The notes beneath the pieces were generated by a model, which saw only the letters and a program-made list of their open reading frames with translations, did no database searches and was not told where the DNA came from. A DNA stretch of 64,000 bases from Eledone cirrhosa. Taxonomy: Eukaryota. Position numbers and translations under genes: made by a program. The first letter of the stretch is position 1, and every line of letters begins with the position of its first letter. Location: contig OZ024743.1 in NCBI GenBank assembly GCA_964016885.1, forward strand, positions 231,074,001-231,138,000, written 5' to 3'. This document shows positions 16,195 through 30,949 of the stretch, piece by piece.

Positions 16195-16309
16195 GCAACG
16201 TGAAATAAAGTGTCTTGCTCAAGGACATAACGCATCGCCTGGTCCAGGAATCGAACTCACAACCTTACGATTGCGAATCCAAATCTCTAACCACTCAGCC
16301 ACACGCCTC
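16195..16309 (-). mobile_element. tRNA-derived SINE head (family B)
   Basis: Minus strand has an A box (tggctgagtggttag) and B box (gagttcgattcc), then gtccttgagcaagacacttt. Confidence 0.75.
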
Positions 16310-16323
16310 ACATATATATATAC

Positions 16324-16360
<37 letters not shown>

Positions 16361-16369
16361 TACATACAT

Positions 16370-16477
<108 letters not shown>

Positions 16478-16790
16478 ATATATATTGAAACAAAATGAAA
16501 ACGAAATTTCATTTCTCACTCTTAGTATGGCACTTACTTAAATGTAAGTATGCATGTATACGTACATACATATATGTATACAGACGTACAGTAGCATGCA
16601 CACATATATATATATATATACACATATATATACATATGCATACAGGTACACATACATATATGCACGTATCAGTTTAGCGGCGCTTATTATAACGTCGCTT
16701 TGTTCGTTTGTAAACAAACTGAACAGCCTGAATTTATGCCATACGGTGTTAAGGCAACCACGTCACCTTTTTGTTCAACACTGACACAGG

Positions 16791-16835
16791 AACGATGTAC
16801 TAGTTTCAAGCTTGTTAGCTATCATCAGCACCGTT
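16791..16835 (-). ncRNA. Minimal type I hammerhead ribozyme (array copy 1)
   Basis: aacggtg CTGATGA t-agct-aaca-agct-t GAAAC-TA-GTA catcgtt; complete core, 7-bp helix I, palindromic ACTAGT helix III. Confidence 0.85.
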
Positions 16836-17264
16836 TACCCATCTGCCAGATAGTTGAACGTTCGAAAGTATATACTTTCCTTATGAAAATTAACGGCTGA
16901 GCAGCCTAATTTGCATATTGAGTGAGTTAAATCGGTCAGGCATACCGAAAACGATAAATTGAAACAAAATGAAAACGAAATTTCATTTCTCACTCTTAGT
17001 ATGGCACTTACTTAAATGTAAGTATGCATGTATACGTACATACATATATGTATACAGACGTACAGTAGCATGCACACATATATATATATATATACACATA
17101 TATATACATATGCATACAGGTACACATACATATATGCACGTATCAGTTTAGCGGCGCTTATTATAACGTCGCTTTGTTCGTTTGTAAACAAACTGAACAG
17201 CCTGAATTTATGCCATACGGTGTTAAGGCAACCACGTCACCTTTTTGTTCAACACTGACACAGG

Positions 17265-17309
17265 AACGATGTACTAGTTTCAAGCTTGTTAGCTATCATC
17301 AGCACCGTT
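17265..17309 (-). ncRNA. Minimal type I hammerhead ribozyme (array copy 2)
   Basis: Same motif as copy 1, 474 bp downstream. Confidence 0.85.
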
Positions 17310-17738
17310 TACCCATCTGCCAGATAGTTGAACGTTCGAAAGTATATACTTTCCTTATGAAAATTAACGGCTGAGCAGCCTAATTTGCATATTGAGTGAG
17401 TTAAATCGGTCAGGCATACCGAAAACGATAAATTGAAACAAAATGAAAACGAAATTTCATTTCTCACTCTTAGTATGGCACTTACTTAAATGTAAGTATG
17501 CATGTATACGTACATACATATATGTATACAGACGTACAGTAGCATGCACACATATATATATATATATACACATATATATACATATGCATACAGGTACACA
17601 TACATATATGCACGTATCAGTTTAGCGGCGCTTATTATAACGTCGCTTTGTTCGTTTGTAAACAAACTGAACAGCCTGAATTTATGCCATACGGTGTTAA
17701 GGCAACCACGTCACCTTTTTGTTCAACACTGACACAGG

Positions 17739-17783
17739 AACGATGTACTAGTTTCAAGCTTGTTAGCTATCATCAGCACCGTT
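17739..17783 (-). ncRNA. Minimal type I hammerhead ribozyme (array copy 3)
   Basis: Same motif as copy 1, 948 bp downstream. Confidence 0.85.
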
Positions 17784-17819
17784 TACCCATCTGCCAGATA
17801 GTTGAACGTTCGATGGGTA

Positions 17820-17864
17820 AACGGTGCTGATGATAGCTAACAAGCTTGAAACTAGTACATCGTT
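17820..17864 (+). ncRNA. Minimal type I hammerhead ribozyme (inverted copy)
   Basis: aacggtgCTGATGAtagctaacaagcttGAAACtaGTAcatcgtt. Confidence 0.85.
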
Positions 17865-18142
17865 CCTGTGTCAGTGTTGAACAAAAAGGTGACGTGGTTG
17901 CCTTAACACCGTATGGCATAAATTCAGGCTGTTCAGTTTGTTTACAAACGAACAAAGCGACGTTATAATAAGCGCCGCTAAACTGATACGTGCATATATG
18001 TATGTGTACCTGTATGCATATGTATATATATGTGTATATATATATATATATGTGTGCATGCTACTGTACGTCTGTATACATATATGTATGTACGTATACA
18101 TGCATACTTACATTTATGTATATATATATATATATATATATA

Positions 18143-18600
18143 CGTTATTCCGGGTTGAATCGGAGGTAACCACAGTAAGTAAGGTACTCAGTACATAGCA
18201 GAGTATAAAAGTTTTAATATAGATGAGATTCTACAGGACTAGAATTGTTTCATTCTTCAGAAATCATCAGGAATCTGGGTATCAAAAAATAATTATGGTA
18301 TATATAGGTCTCTACAAGTGGTAGGAGAGGGTGGGGAGTGGGATGGGTGTAGGTCATTGGTTGACAGAATTCATTAGCAGCTAATTCTACAAAGCTATAG
18401 TTTATTTTTATTTTTGGAGTAACAAAGGCAGAAAGAATTCTATAAACAGGTTCAGGATGGCATGCCAATCCTTATTAAACTAACAGGTGTCTATAAAATC
18501 AGTGGGGGTCAGTCATGGTAGATAGATTTAAAGGAAAGGGAGATCTTTAAAAGCTAAATTATTTACTAAGTGACAAGGTTTAGAGAATTCTGTGGACAAA
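18143..18600 (-). mobile_element. Penelope-type 3' end/pLTR abutting (TA)n; may belong to the element at 20211-21560
   Basis: Homologous to 6060-6200 and 25183-25368; contains an intact hammerhead; same strand as the Penelope ORF at 20211-21560 and downstream of it. Confidence 0.65.
18226..18276 (-). ncRNA. Minimal type I hammerhead ribozyme
   Basis: agattc CTGATGA t-ttc-tgaa-gaa-t GAAAC-a-attctagtcc-t-GTA gaatct. Confidence 0.8.
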
Positions 18601-18747
18601 TTCAAAATATTGAGTGCATATCTTACTATTGTCCTCAAATTTCTCTTAAACTATTCAACTATATGCCAAAATCAACAGACACATTCACAAAACACACTCA
18701 CTCATACACTCGCGCGCACCCATAGACACACCCACATACACACATAT

Positions 18748-18805
<58 letters not shown>

Positions 18806-19782
18806 TGAAATTTCAGTTAGAAACAGAAAAGGTCATAGAAATGAAGAGTGCTCTATGTCAGTATCAGAGCAAAATTTAATGTATAAAATCAATACAATAT
18901 TATTACCTCATTACCAGAGGTTTCCCGAATGAGGCGAATACGAAATAAACGACTTCATTCGTTCGTCAGACGAGGCAATATAAAACATGGGCAAATACTT
19001 AGAAAAACACATCAAGAAAATCAAAAAAATATATAGATAAATGAAATAGAAATTGAAATATATATAAATCTATCAAGAAAAATAGTTAGATGTGTGTATG
19101 TATATGTATATACGCTCACAGATGTGCATATATGTATATGTGCACATGTAAATGTATAGTTAGAAAGTGTGCGTAATTATAAAAATTTAGGGCAAGTGTA
19201 TCTATATGTCTGTATTATACAGACAGAAATGGTTACATCGTAAATATAAGAATATAAAGTCGCGCGCATAAAAACGCATGGACACTCGTACACTTAGATG
19301 CGGAAAGAAAGGAGGTAAAGAGTGTATAATAATTAAAAGAAAAGTATCGGTTTTACTATATTTATAAAAATATAGTAACTATAAATTAGAAAGAAAAGAT
19401 AGAAAGAAAAAATTAAAGAAAACAAAAAAAAAAAGGGGGGGGGGTACATACATACACAGACACGCGTGTCTCACAAAAGAAATGTAAAAATAATTATGCT
19501 TATATACACACGCGCAATTACACTTCCATACGTTCGATACGTACATACACACACACACACACACACACATACTTATACTAGCGCATATAAACCTATTTGC
19601 ATGCTCACGTATGAAACTGAGTTAGTAACAAAAGAGGGAAGGGGGGGGGGGAGAAGAAAAAAGGAACAAAAACATAAAAACGAAAAGTCAAAAACACGGA
19701 TATAAAGACAACTACACATACGCATAAAATATACATACACACACACACAAACACCTATACACACCACACACATACATACGCT

Positions 19783-19822
<40 letters not shown>

Positions 19823-20210
19823 CATACACGCACGCGCGCGCACATACGTAGTAACTCATGTACATATATATAAAGTATACACACATTAAGGCGTTCAGCC
19901 ATATTGAAATGTGGATAAATAAGTACAAGTATAAAATTGTAAGATAGGCTGCGCAAAAATAAAATAAAAATAAAAATGAAAAATATATCTGGATTGAAAA
20001 ACACAAAAGACAAGTATAATCAGTTAGTGGAGGAAAAGGGAAGTAAAAGAAGGGGAAGCAAAAAATAGAAAATAGGAAGTGGATCGGAGAATAAAGGGGG
20101 GGGGGGGGGGTGAAGTAAAAATAAATAAAAGTGAAAATAAATGAAATTATTGACAAGGATAAGAATGAAAGTAAGTCAGAAAGGGTAATTAAAAAGAGAA
20201 TAATAAGAGT

Positions 20211-21565
20211 TTATGGAGGATAAGTATCTGAAAGTGTGTTAAGTTTATATGAGCTGGAAAGCAGGTGTGATTTCATATGTGGGCAACTGGTAAAAATTTC
20301 CATCTTTGTGTTCAGGCAGGTCTTTGGTGATTTAAGATTTTGCAATATCCAAAATTTTTCATTTATGCAGAGCGTGCATTTTCTTGTTCCTCTAGCATAT
20401 TTTTTAGATTGGTTCAAAATTGACCAATCTAGTTTATATTGGATGCCTTGGTCTTTCAAATCCCAGATTCTGCTAGCCAGAGCTGTTGTAAATCTTTTTT
20501 CTGGATGTCGAAAGGATGCGACATGTGAGTAATAACGCGTTTTGAATCTGTCTTGCGTCATACCCACATATCGTTCACTGGTGACCGGATGGTTGTTGCT
20601 GATGGTTGTCACATTAGCCGCATATACAATGGCTTTGGTGTTGCATTTACCTTGTAATGGGCATTCACTTTTGATTCCACGGGAGCAAGTTTGATTTTCT
20701 CTAGGTGAAATTTTTTTGAGGATATAGGACTTAATAGGGGGACCGCAGGACTAGCTAATTTTAACACAGTTTCTATTAAAGATCTTATAGTATCTATGTG
20801 TTCTAGGGAAATGTTTATCTAGGAGGTCTAGGAATTTTTTTGCCTACATTAGTTTTAACTGCTAGAGAGTAGGGGGGTGTGAACCAGATTATTTTTCTTT
20901 TCCTATTTTTATGTTTAATAGAGTTAGTGTAGTTAGGTATGTATTTAATCGGTTCGCTAAAGCCGCTATTTTGGATGGCTATATTATAGTAGGGGGATGC
21001 CTTATTGAAAATAGCTTCTGATGAAGAGAGGGTGGAGATCCTACGGCTAATATTAGGGATAAGGTTTTTAAAAACTATAGGTGGATGGCAAGATCCTTTA
21101 TTTATATATTTTAAGTTTTCATTAGGTTTATGGTATGGTTTATAAGAAGCAGTAGGCAAATCTAAGTTTATATCTAGGAAATCTACGTTGGACAGGTTAG
21201 TATCAATAGTAATTTTAAGATTAAAACTAGCAAAGGTTTTTATTAAGTCTTTCCTTAATTTATCTAAGTTATGGCCTATGTGGTATGGGAAAGTATTAGA
21301 CCATCATCGCGATAAAGCCCAAAAATATGGTTAGGAAATTTTTCTTTAAGTGTATGTAAGAGGAATAGGCCGACCAGATCACAAACCTCGGCACTGTCAT
21401 AAGAGCCCATTGAGACATCGAATGGGTTCTCTTGGTTAGATATTTTTACCCAAGTGTCATTATCATTAAAAAGAAGAGTGTTCCTAGCATGTAAAATTAC
21501 ATCCTCTTCAATATCGGAGATATTAGTGAATCCTCTAGCGAAATTTAAAGCTTTCACTAAAAGGG
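20211..21565 (-). mobile_element. 5'-truncated Penelope-like element (RT core plus GIY-YIG), frameshifted
   Basis: FDVSMGSYDSAEVCDLVG, GLYRDDGL, YKPYHKPN, IIWFTPPYS, YVGMTQDRFKTRYYSH and KCTLCINEK...LNTKMEIFTSCPH. Confidence 0.9.
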
Positions 21566-21569
21566 TCTG

Positions 21570-21697
21570 AGTAAAACCCACTGTACCAATGGGAAATGTA
21601 TCATATGGAAGGTGAACCCCCGGATAAACTGTAAAACTAGAAACGTAGTCTATAGCATAAGATGTACAGAGGGTACTTGCAGAAACATGACAACAAC

Positions 21698-21700
<3 letters not shown>
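21570..21700 (+). mobile_element. Fragment of the GIY-YIG N-terminus from another Penelope-like family
   Basis: [27 protein letters not shown]; 21650-21700 is duplicated at 22133-22183. Confidence 0.7.
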
Positions 21701-21754
<54 letters not shown>

Positions 21755-21855
21755 CACACACGTACGCAGACGCACACACACATATACACACACATACATA
21801 CATATATACACATATATATATATATACACATATATATACATACATATATATACAC

Positions 21856-21886
<31 letters not shown>

Positions 21887-21889
21887 AAG

Positions 21890-23160
21890 TTTTGCGAGGT
21901 TTTTTATATGAAATCGTGTGTTGAAACAAATATTGTTATACTTGGGGAGGGTCATATTTGTGTAATATTGCCAGAATTAATAACAGAACACACTCACTGG
22001 TTGGTCTTCGCTTCTCGCTGTCTTTTATATCGGTAATCTAACTAACTCGGTCCTCAATGTTGCCATTGACTGACCGACGGTCAAAAATAATACAGATACA
22101 ATATAGACACAAACACATATATATAGTTTATCATCTATAGCATAAGATGTACAGAGGGTACTTGCAGAAACATGACAACAACATACATAGGTGAAAACAG
22201 CTCGTAGCATATGTGAAAGGATAGACCAACACTGGGGGGAACTAAAAGGACGAAAAAACGGGTCAGTACTATACGAACATGCTAGACAACAAATGACGGT
22301 AACATAGACAACATAGAAATTAGAATAATATCTAAACATTGAAATGACCCAGCAGATAGGCAAATCAGAGAGGCCAGTGAAATAGAAATTAGAAGACCAA
22401 AGCTAAACAGAAAGAATGAATGGAATAACAACAACACCCAAACAAGCAACACTGACCTAAGAGAAGTATAAATAAGTAAATAAAATAAGATAAATAAATA
22501 AATAAATACATACACAAGCACAATAACAACAAGCACATAAACACACACTAGTCACCCATCACACAGCAAACATAACACTATACACACACGCAAACGCATG
22601 CGCAAAGAAGACGAAATAAAATAAACAAACAAGCAAATAAATAAATAAATATATAGACAGACTGAATAAAAATGGCGTAGACATACAATACAACAGGAGG
22701 AAAATATAACACCACTGACGATGGTGCAGATGTGCAACGAAAGATTTATGATAAACTATATATATGTGTTTGTGTCTATATTGTATCTGTATTATTTTTG
22801 ACCGTCGGAAAGGGCGGTGGATTGGCAGTATCGGTAGAGGGTCGGAAGCCATGCTTTTCAGCATAGTTACGTCCCTTTACGATTTGAGTTCAAATCCCGC
22901 CGAGGTTGACTTTGCCTTTCATCTTTACGGGGTCGATAAAATAAAGTACCAGTAATGCACTGGGTAATTACTGGCCTTGTGCCTAAAGTAGAAACAATTA
23001 TTTTTGACCGTCGGTCAATCAATGGCAACATTGAGGACCGAGTAAGTTAGATTACCGATATAAAAGACAGCGAGAAGCGAAAACGAACCAAACAGTGAGT
23101 GTGTTCTGTTATTAATTCTGGCAATATTACACAAATATGACCCTCCCCAAGTTTAACAAT
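21890..23160 (+). mobile_element. 5'-truncated Penelope-like element with an inverted terminal arm (GIY-YIG C-terminus plus 3' UTR/pLTR), interrupted by a SINE
   Basis: 22133-22430 encodes YSIRC..C...YIGE and RQIREASEIEIRRPKLNRKNEW across frameshifts; 21945-22131 is inverted relative to 22749-23160 once the SINE is removed; flanked by TA-rich repeats. Confidence 0.8.
22809..22996 (+). mobile_element. tRNA-derived SINE (family A, Meta-domain-like centre) with an 18-bp TSD
   Basis: B box gagttcaaatccc; central gcctttcatc...gggtcgataaaataaagtaccag; TSD attatttttgaccgtcgg at 22791-22808 and 22997-23014. Confidence 0.9.
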
Positions 23161-23250
23161 ATATATATATATATATAAACATATACATATACACATACAC
23201 ACACATATACATATATATATACATATATACATATATACACACACACACAA

Positions 23251-23281
<31 letters not shown>

Positions 23282-23428
23282 CATGCAAATACACATACAC
23301 ATATACACAAACACATATATATATATATATATATATAAATATATATACATATATATATGTATATATACATACACATATACATACATACACATACATATAG
23401 ATACATATATACACATACATACCTGCAT

Positions 23429-23462
<34 letters not shown>

Positions 23463-23769
23463 ACACACATACATACACACATACACATATACATATACAT
23501 ACACACATATATATATATATATATATATACATATATATACACACACATACACACACACACACATACATACATATACACATATACACACATGCACATACAT
23601 GCACATATACACCTATACATATATATACACATATATATACACATACATATATAAATATATATACACAGACACACACACACACATACATATGTGCACACAT
23701 ACACCTACATACATATACATAAACATACACATACATATACATACGTACACACAAATATGTACACTAACA

Positions 23770-24137
23770 AATAAATAAGTACTCAATAAATATACGCATA
23801 TACACAGGCACATAAAAACAGCTCTACAGGCAGAGAATGCAGATAGGTAAGAGGTACTCACATAACCATAGTGGCCGTATTTCAGGATGAGGAGGGGTGG
23901 GGGTAGGGTGGTTTGGAGGTATAAGGGCCAATAGTGGGAGGTCGTTTTTAGCCATCGGGCTTTAACACTGGCTTAAAGTGTTTGAAAGTTGCAAAGTTCT
24001 TGTGTATGCAGTTCGGGCAGTGTTCAGAGAGTTTGTTCAGTAGCGAGCCCTTGGCGAATAGAATTTCGTAGCTCTCTGAGATACAAAGGTCGCAGTCCTT
24101 GTGTCCTCCGTTATGTATATAACGGAGGACACAAGGG
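23770..24137 (-). mobile_element. 3' fragment of a Penelope-like GIY-YIG ORF that ends in a hairpin junction
   Basis: KDCDLCISESYEILF...LLNKLSEHCPNCIHK resembles the C-terminus of the 20211-20612 ORF; palindrome cttgtgtcctccgttat-gtat-ataacggaggacacaag at 24098-24135. Confidence 0.65.
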
Positions 24138-24312
24138 CTGCGATATAAGAAAACAAATTTCTTACCGCTGTCAAAAATCATTTCCGTACAGTAGCTCTCT
24201 CTCACCTCGAATGACCGCCAAATTTGAAATTCCAGCAGTTTTTGACTGAATAAGTATCATAGCGACACGAAGCGGGAAGGGGAGACAACCCACGAAATGA
24301 GGAAAAAAAAAT

Positions 24313-24820
24313 AATATACACGCGGGTTAATTAGTTTTTTTTGAAAACATCAATCCGACGTGTTTAAGAACTCAATTGAAAATAAAAAAATAAATATATG
24401 CTTGTATAAATTACACACGCATATAGATATTTTCTTAGGCTAAATCAGAAGTTGTACCCGAATAAGAACCGCTTCTCATAACCGCAGTAAATGCAGAAAG
24501 TTATGTTATAAAGGGCAAATGGGAATATAATTCTCCGGCCGAATTAAGAGTAAAATATAAAATACACGCGGGTTAATTAGTTATTTCAAAACCAATATCA
24601 ATTCCTCGTGTAAAGAACTCAATTAATAAAAGAAAATAAATACATATATGCATGTAATTATATACGTAGGCATATATATATATATATATTATCTTAGGCT
24701 AAAAAACAGAGAAGTTACAACCAAAAAAAGCCACAATATTTCACAACAGTAATAAATACGGAAAGTCAAATTCATAAGGTACCTGGAAATAAACACCTCT
24801 GGCCAATCAAGTGTAAATAT
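24313..24820. repeat. Diverged ~250-bp tandem duplication
   Basis: atacacgcgggttaattagtt...aagaactcaatt...tcttaggctaaa occurs at ~24316 and ~24562. Confidence 0.7.
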
Positions 24821-24993
24821 TTAATACAATAACAGAGATAGTTTAAAGCTAAACTCTGACTGGTAACCATCTCACTCAACAAACATTAGGTTATATTAAA
24901 ATATAAACCCAATTTAAGTGTTTGGGGTGCTAACAAAAAGTATAATGTGGAAAAACCAGTTGTATTATTTTATGAGATATAATTAAAGTTAAA

Positions 24994-25035
<42 letters not shown>

Positions 25036-25071
25036 AGAGAGAGAGAGAGATAGAGAGGGAGAGAGAGAGAT

Positions 25072-25177
<106 letters not shown>

Positions 25178-25182
25178 AAGAG

Positions 25183-25370
25183 ATTTAATATAGAAAAGGC
25201 TTCTACAGGGCTAAAAGTATTTCATTCATATGTAATCATCCCGATGATATGAGACGAATTAAATTGTTCTAGTCCTGCACAAGCCGCCTTTTCTATATTA
25301 AAAATCTGTCTTCATTCTATTGAATGCCTTATTTACTCTGGTTATGCCCATTTCTAATCGAGATCAACAT
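25183..25370 (+). mobile_element. Decayed foldback pLTR-type element of the 6060/18143 family
   Basis: aatatagaaaaggc...gccttttctatatt arms; ccgatga...ttctagtcctg remnant. Confidence 0.6.
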
Positions 25371-25643
25371 ACATATAGAGATACATTGTAATGATTTCTC
25401 TCTTTAGGCGTGACCGGCTTGACACCCACGAGTCAGAAAGTCATCTTACTCCCTCTCCTTTGTTCTAAAGGCCAGTTCAGCCCCAACCCCACGCTGCTAT
25501 GAAGGAATTTAACCATGTACATGACATTCTAAAATCATTGACGACTCCTCTTGACAGACAAGAAAAACAAAAAAATTGTTTGGATTGTTTCATTTGATAC
25601 TTCTGCCTTTCTTGTTTTGACTGCATGACCATATATGGACTGT

Positions 25644-25735
25644 ACCCCTTGATAAGTTCAGCTAGATCCCCGCCATCCTGCTGGGTTACTTCGGATACAG
25701 CTGTCGAAACGGCCCCAGCTCACCCGTCAGGGGTC
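25644..25735 (+). ncRNA. Candidate hammerhead, U3-A8 variant with a 4-bp helix III
   Basis: acccc TTGATAA g..cagct ... agctg.c GAAACgg-ccccagctcac-ccGTC a ggggt; one extra nucleotide after the cleavage site. Confidence 0.45.
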
Positions 25736-25748
25736 CTGACTCTTTTCC

Positions 25749-25813
<65 letters not shown>

Positions 25814-25985
25814 CACCATAAATGGACCTGTCATTTTTATCAGGAGACATTTTTTCCAATTCCAACCCGTCCGTCCCCTCAATCTATCTTATTTTAAGAT
25901 CCCCTTCCTGCTGTATCAAGGGTTAACCTAATATATTCCTTCTATATACTGTACCGATTGTGTTGTTACTTGGTTGACCTTTTAC

Positions 25986-26028
<43 letters not shown>

Positions 26029-26092
26029 AATATAATAATAGGGTCGATTGGTTGCTCCTTCATTACGTGAACTTCAGTGTCGAGGTGTAGAG

Positions 26093-26140
<48 letters not shown>

Positions 26141-26383
26141 CTATGTGTATGTGTGTGTGCGTGTAAGTCACCATGGCTGCAGTCAAATATCTGACTGGAA
26201 CTACTTAAAGAATAGAAAAACCAAAGAAAATGTTTGGTAAATTTCTATCGCTAAAACGAGTGTCCATTTTGTTCCCAGAGCCAAAATATGTAAAATACTA
26301 TAAACAGAGGTATATGGGAGTGAAGGAGTTGGCACCGTAAGAAATTATTGATGTCATGAGCTTGTAGTGTTTAAATATGATTA

Positions 26384-27080
<697 letters not shown>

Positions 27081-27612
27081 ATTCACCACCTATTATTAGT
27101 GAATTATTGGATCTTCTGATTTCCGTTTGCCGTTTGCTGTAATCCTGTACTTAACAACTGACAATTTACTTTTCTTAGAATCCCTATAATTGAGCTAGGT
27201 ATGCATTCCATATTAAGATTGTGCCTAATATCGAAAGACTTTACAAATGAGACATGTAAATCGTTGATTATTATTGTTTACAAGGGAAAATTCATGGAAG
27301 AACTGTCACGAATACTGAAGAATCTAATTGTTTAGAACTTTACTCTTCATTTCAATACAGGTGCACATCTTTTGTATATGATATCCCTGAGAATTGGTTT
27401 TCGATTTGTATTCATACCTTTTGAGAATAACATTCGAGAGTAGAACATATCCGAGATGAAATGAATTATCCTAATGAATGAACCACCTTATAGGTCTGGT
27501 AGCCACAACTGCGAATTTTGCCTATGCCGGGCATTGTACATATTGTAGGAAATTGGAATATACATAAACAAGAAATCGACTAAACTTTTGCAGAGAGAGA
27601 AAGAGAGAGAGA

Positions 27613-27646
<34 letters not shown>

Positions 27647-27659
27647 AACGTGAAACTTG

Positions 27660-29235
27660 TAATATCGGCCTTAGACAAAATGAGATCAAATTCGACAGAT
27701 GGCCTTCATGGTTTCCCAGCAATCCTCCAAAAACCGTGCAAGACCACTGCAGATCCTCTCCTGGTAAACTAACAGGAAAACTAAATGAAGGCATAATATG
27801 TTCTATCCATAAAGGATGAAGCAGGACACATGCTAAAAGCTACAGACCTGTCTCCCTGACCTCACACATCAACAAAGTCAGGATACGAATCATCAGAAGG
27901 AAACTGATCACTTTTCTACAGGAAAATGTTCTGCTAACTGATACTTAGCTTGGCTTTCGCCCGGATAGAAGTTGTCTTACACAGCTCTTGCAGCATATTT
28001 AGATCTTACAGGATATTTAAGCAACTGCTTTACTGTTCGAACGTCGATGTGATATATCTCGAGCTTACGAAGGCCTTTGACAAGGTGGTTCATAGAATTA
28101 TATGTCACAAACTAGGTAGCTTTGGCATAACTGGAAATATAGGTGAAGGGCTTGAAGACTTCTTAAAAGATAAAAAGCCAGACTGTTGCAGCCAACAGAG
28201 CCCTCAAAAAGGAAGCGTCAATAAAAAAGTGGCGTGCCCCAGAGAACCCTATTGGGGCTACTAGTGTTTGGGATGGCTCTCTCAGACATGCCCTCTATAA
28301 TAGGGTCAGTCTCCCTCACGAACTATGTTGATGACAATCAAGAAACCAGCTGATGCTACTCTTTTTCAATATGATTTAGTCCTCGTTTAAGGATGGGCTG
28401 AAGACAACAATATGTTAATTAATGCAGGTAAGTTTCAAGTCTTCCACTACCAATCCACACAAATAGGACCACCACAACAAAAGTACACTGGACGAGGAGG
28501 AATAAAAATCAACGGCTCAAATTCAATATGGGATCTGGGTATTGACATGAGCAATGATGCATCGTTTCCTGCAAACATCAGCGAAATAACGTCAATTTGC
28601 AGACGACTGTCTCGTTAGATTCTGAGGACATTCAGGATAAGAGACCTGGAACCCATATTGGTCATCTGGAGGACAATTGCTGTCAGCTGTGGTCGCCCTA
28701 CTGTGTCAAACTAACTTCAGAACTTAAAACAATCCAATGAAGCTACACCGAGATGATTGCCTCAATGAAAGACATGAGCTACAGGGAGACACTGAAAATA
28801 CAGCATTATTTCCTGGAACGGAGACGGAGGGATACGTAGTAAAATACATATGGAAGATGTAAGTATCGTTAGCACCAGACTTAAGCAATGAAGGCAGGAC
28901 CAGCCCACGAAGAGGATGCCATTGTGTAATGCCAAAGGTCCCATCCGTCGCATCGAGAATAAGGACCACATACTACAATAGCCTGAGGTTCTGGAGTTCA
29001 AGAGTGCCCACATTTTTAATAAGCTACGTGGTGTGTATATAGATGTTTTCAAGCAAAATCTCGACATTCTACTGAACAAGATCCCGGATGAACCCACAGC
29101 ACGAGCGATGCAGAAAAAGAACAGCAGCAAGAAACTTCCTTTTGCATCAATGGCCAACTAGGGACGGCGGCAAGCTATAGAAATAGCGATGCACCAGAAT
29201 GTTCTCAGCGTCAAGCATCGAACACGTAATAGAAT
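27660..29235 (+). mobile_element. Degenerate 5'-truncated CR1-group LINE (RT)
   Basis: YRPVSLTSHINK, GFRPDRSCLTQLL, DVIYLELTKAFDKVVH, YVDD, NAGKFQVFHY and DLGIDMS with many stops and frameshifts. Confidence 0.8.
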
Positions 29236-29304
29236 AATATAGTAATATATATATAAATATATATATATAAATATATATATATAAATATATATATATAAAT
29301 ATAT

Positions 29305-29807
<503 letters not shown>

Positions 29808-30094
29808 CAAACAGAGAGAGAGTTTAGAGAGAGAAAGAGTTGGTAGTCAGGTACTCAAGCTGCGATACACGCGCGATTCAGTTTAATTGATAAGCTGTTG
29901 ATGATAGAAATATTATTGTAGGGACATTTTAAGGGCAATCGTATGAAAATACCAAGGAATGCAGCGTTTTCAAGAAACCGTAAGCATTGCCAAAGTAGGT
30001 ACACTGAAAAGTTCAAGACTTCAACAGAAATCACTAGATGCATAATGCGATAGCGTAGAGATAGATATATGTCAACTTTCGCTTGTATACATGC

Positions 30095-30185
<91 letters not shown>

Positions 30186-30263
30186 TGCATACATACCTAC
30201 GTACAATAAAATATGTTTATATTTACATATATGTATATATATGTATATCACTCCCTCTCTCTC

Positions 30264-30757
<494 letters not shown>

Positions 30758-30949
30758 ATTGTAAAGATGTTGGTGTATGTTGTGATATAGTCAGTTGTAT
30801 AGGTTATTGTTAGTTTATTTCTTGCGTGGCTCATTGAAGCAAATATGAAACGATTCCCATATATCGCAACTTAACCGGACAATGGTCACTTGAAGGGAAA
30901 GTGAAGTTTTGACATTTATACTACTCTAAATGTTGTTACCTCTAATATT

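Larger units (their letters stand above)
16485..18116 (-). mobile_element. Tandem array of a 474-bp hammerhead-containing unit (2.8 copies) plus a 305-bp terminal inverted copy; retrozyme-like or tandem Penelope pLTRs
   Basis: Units start at 16485, 16959 and 17433 and look identical; 17812-18116 is the reverse complement of 17487-17791; both flanks are (TA)n. Confidence 0.85.

Noticed and set aside
16195-16309. tRNA gene
   Set aside because: A and B boxes run directly into a SINE body found elsewhere in the window
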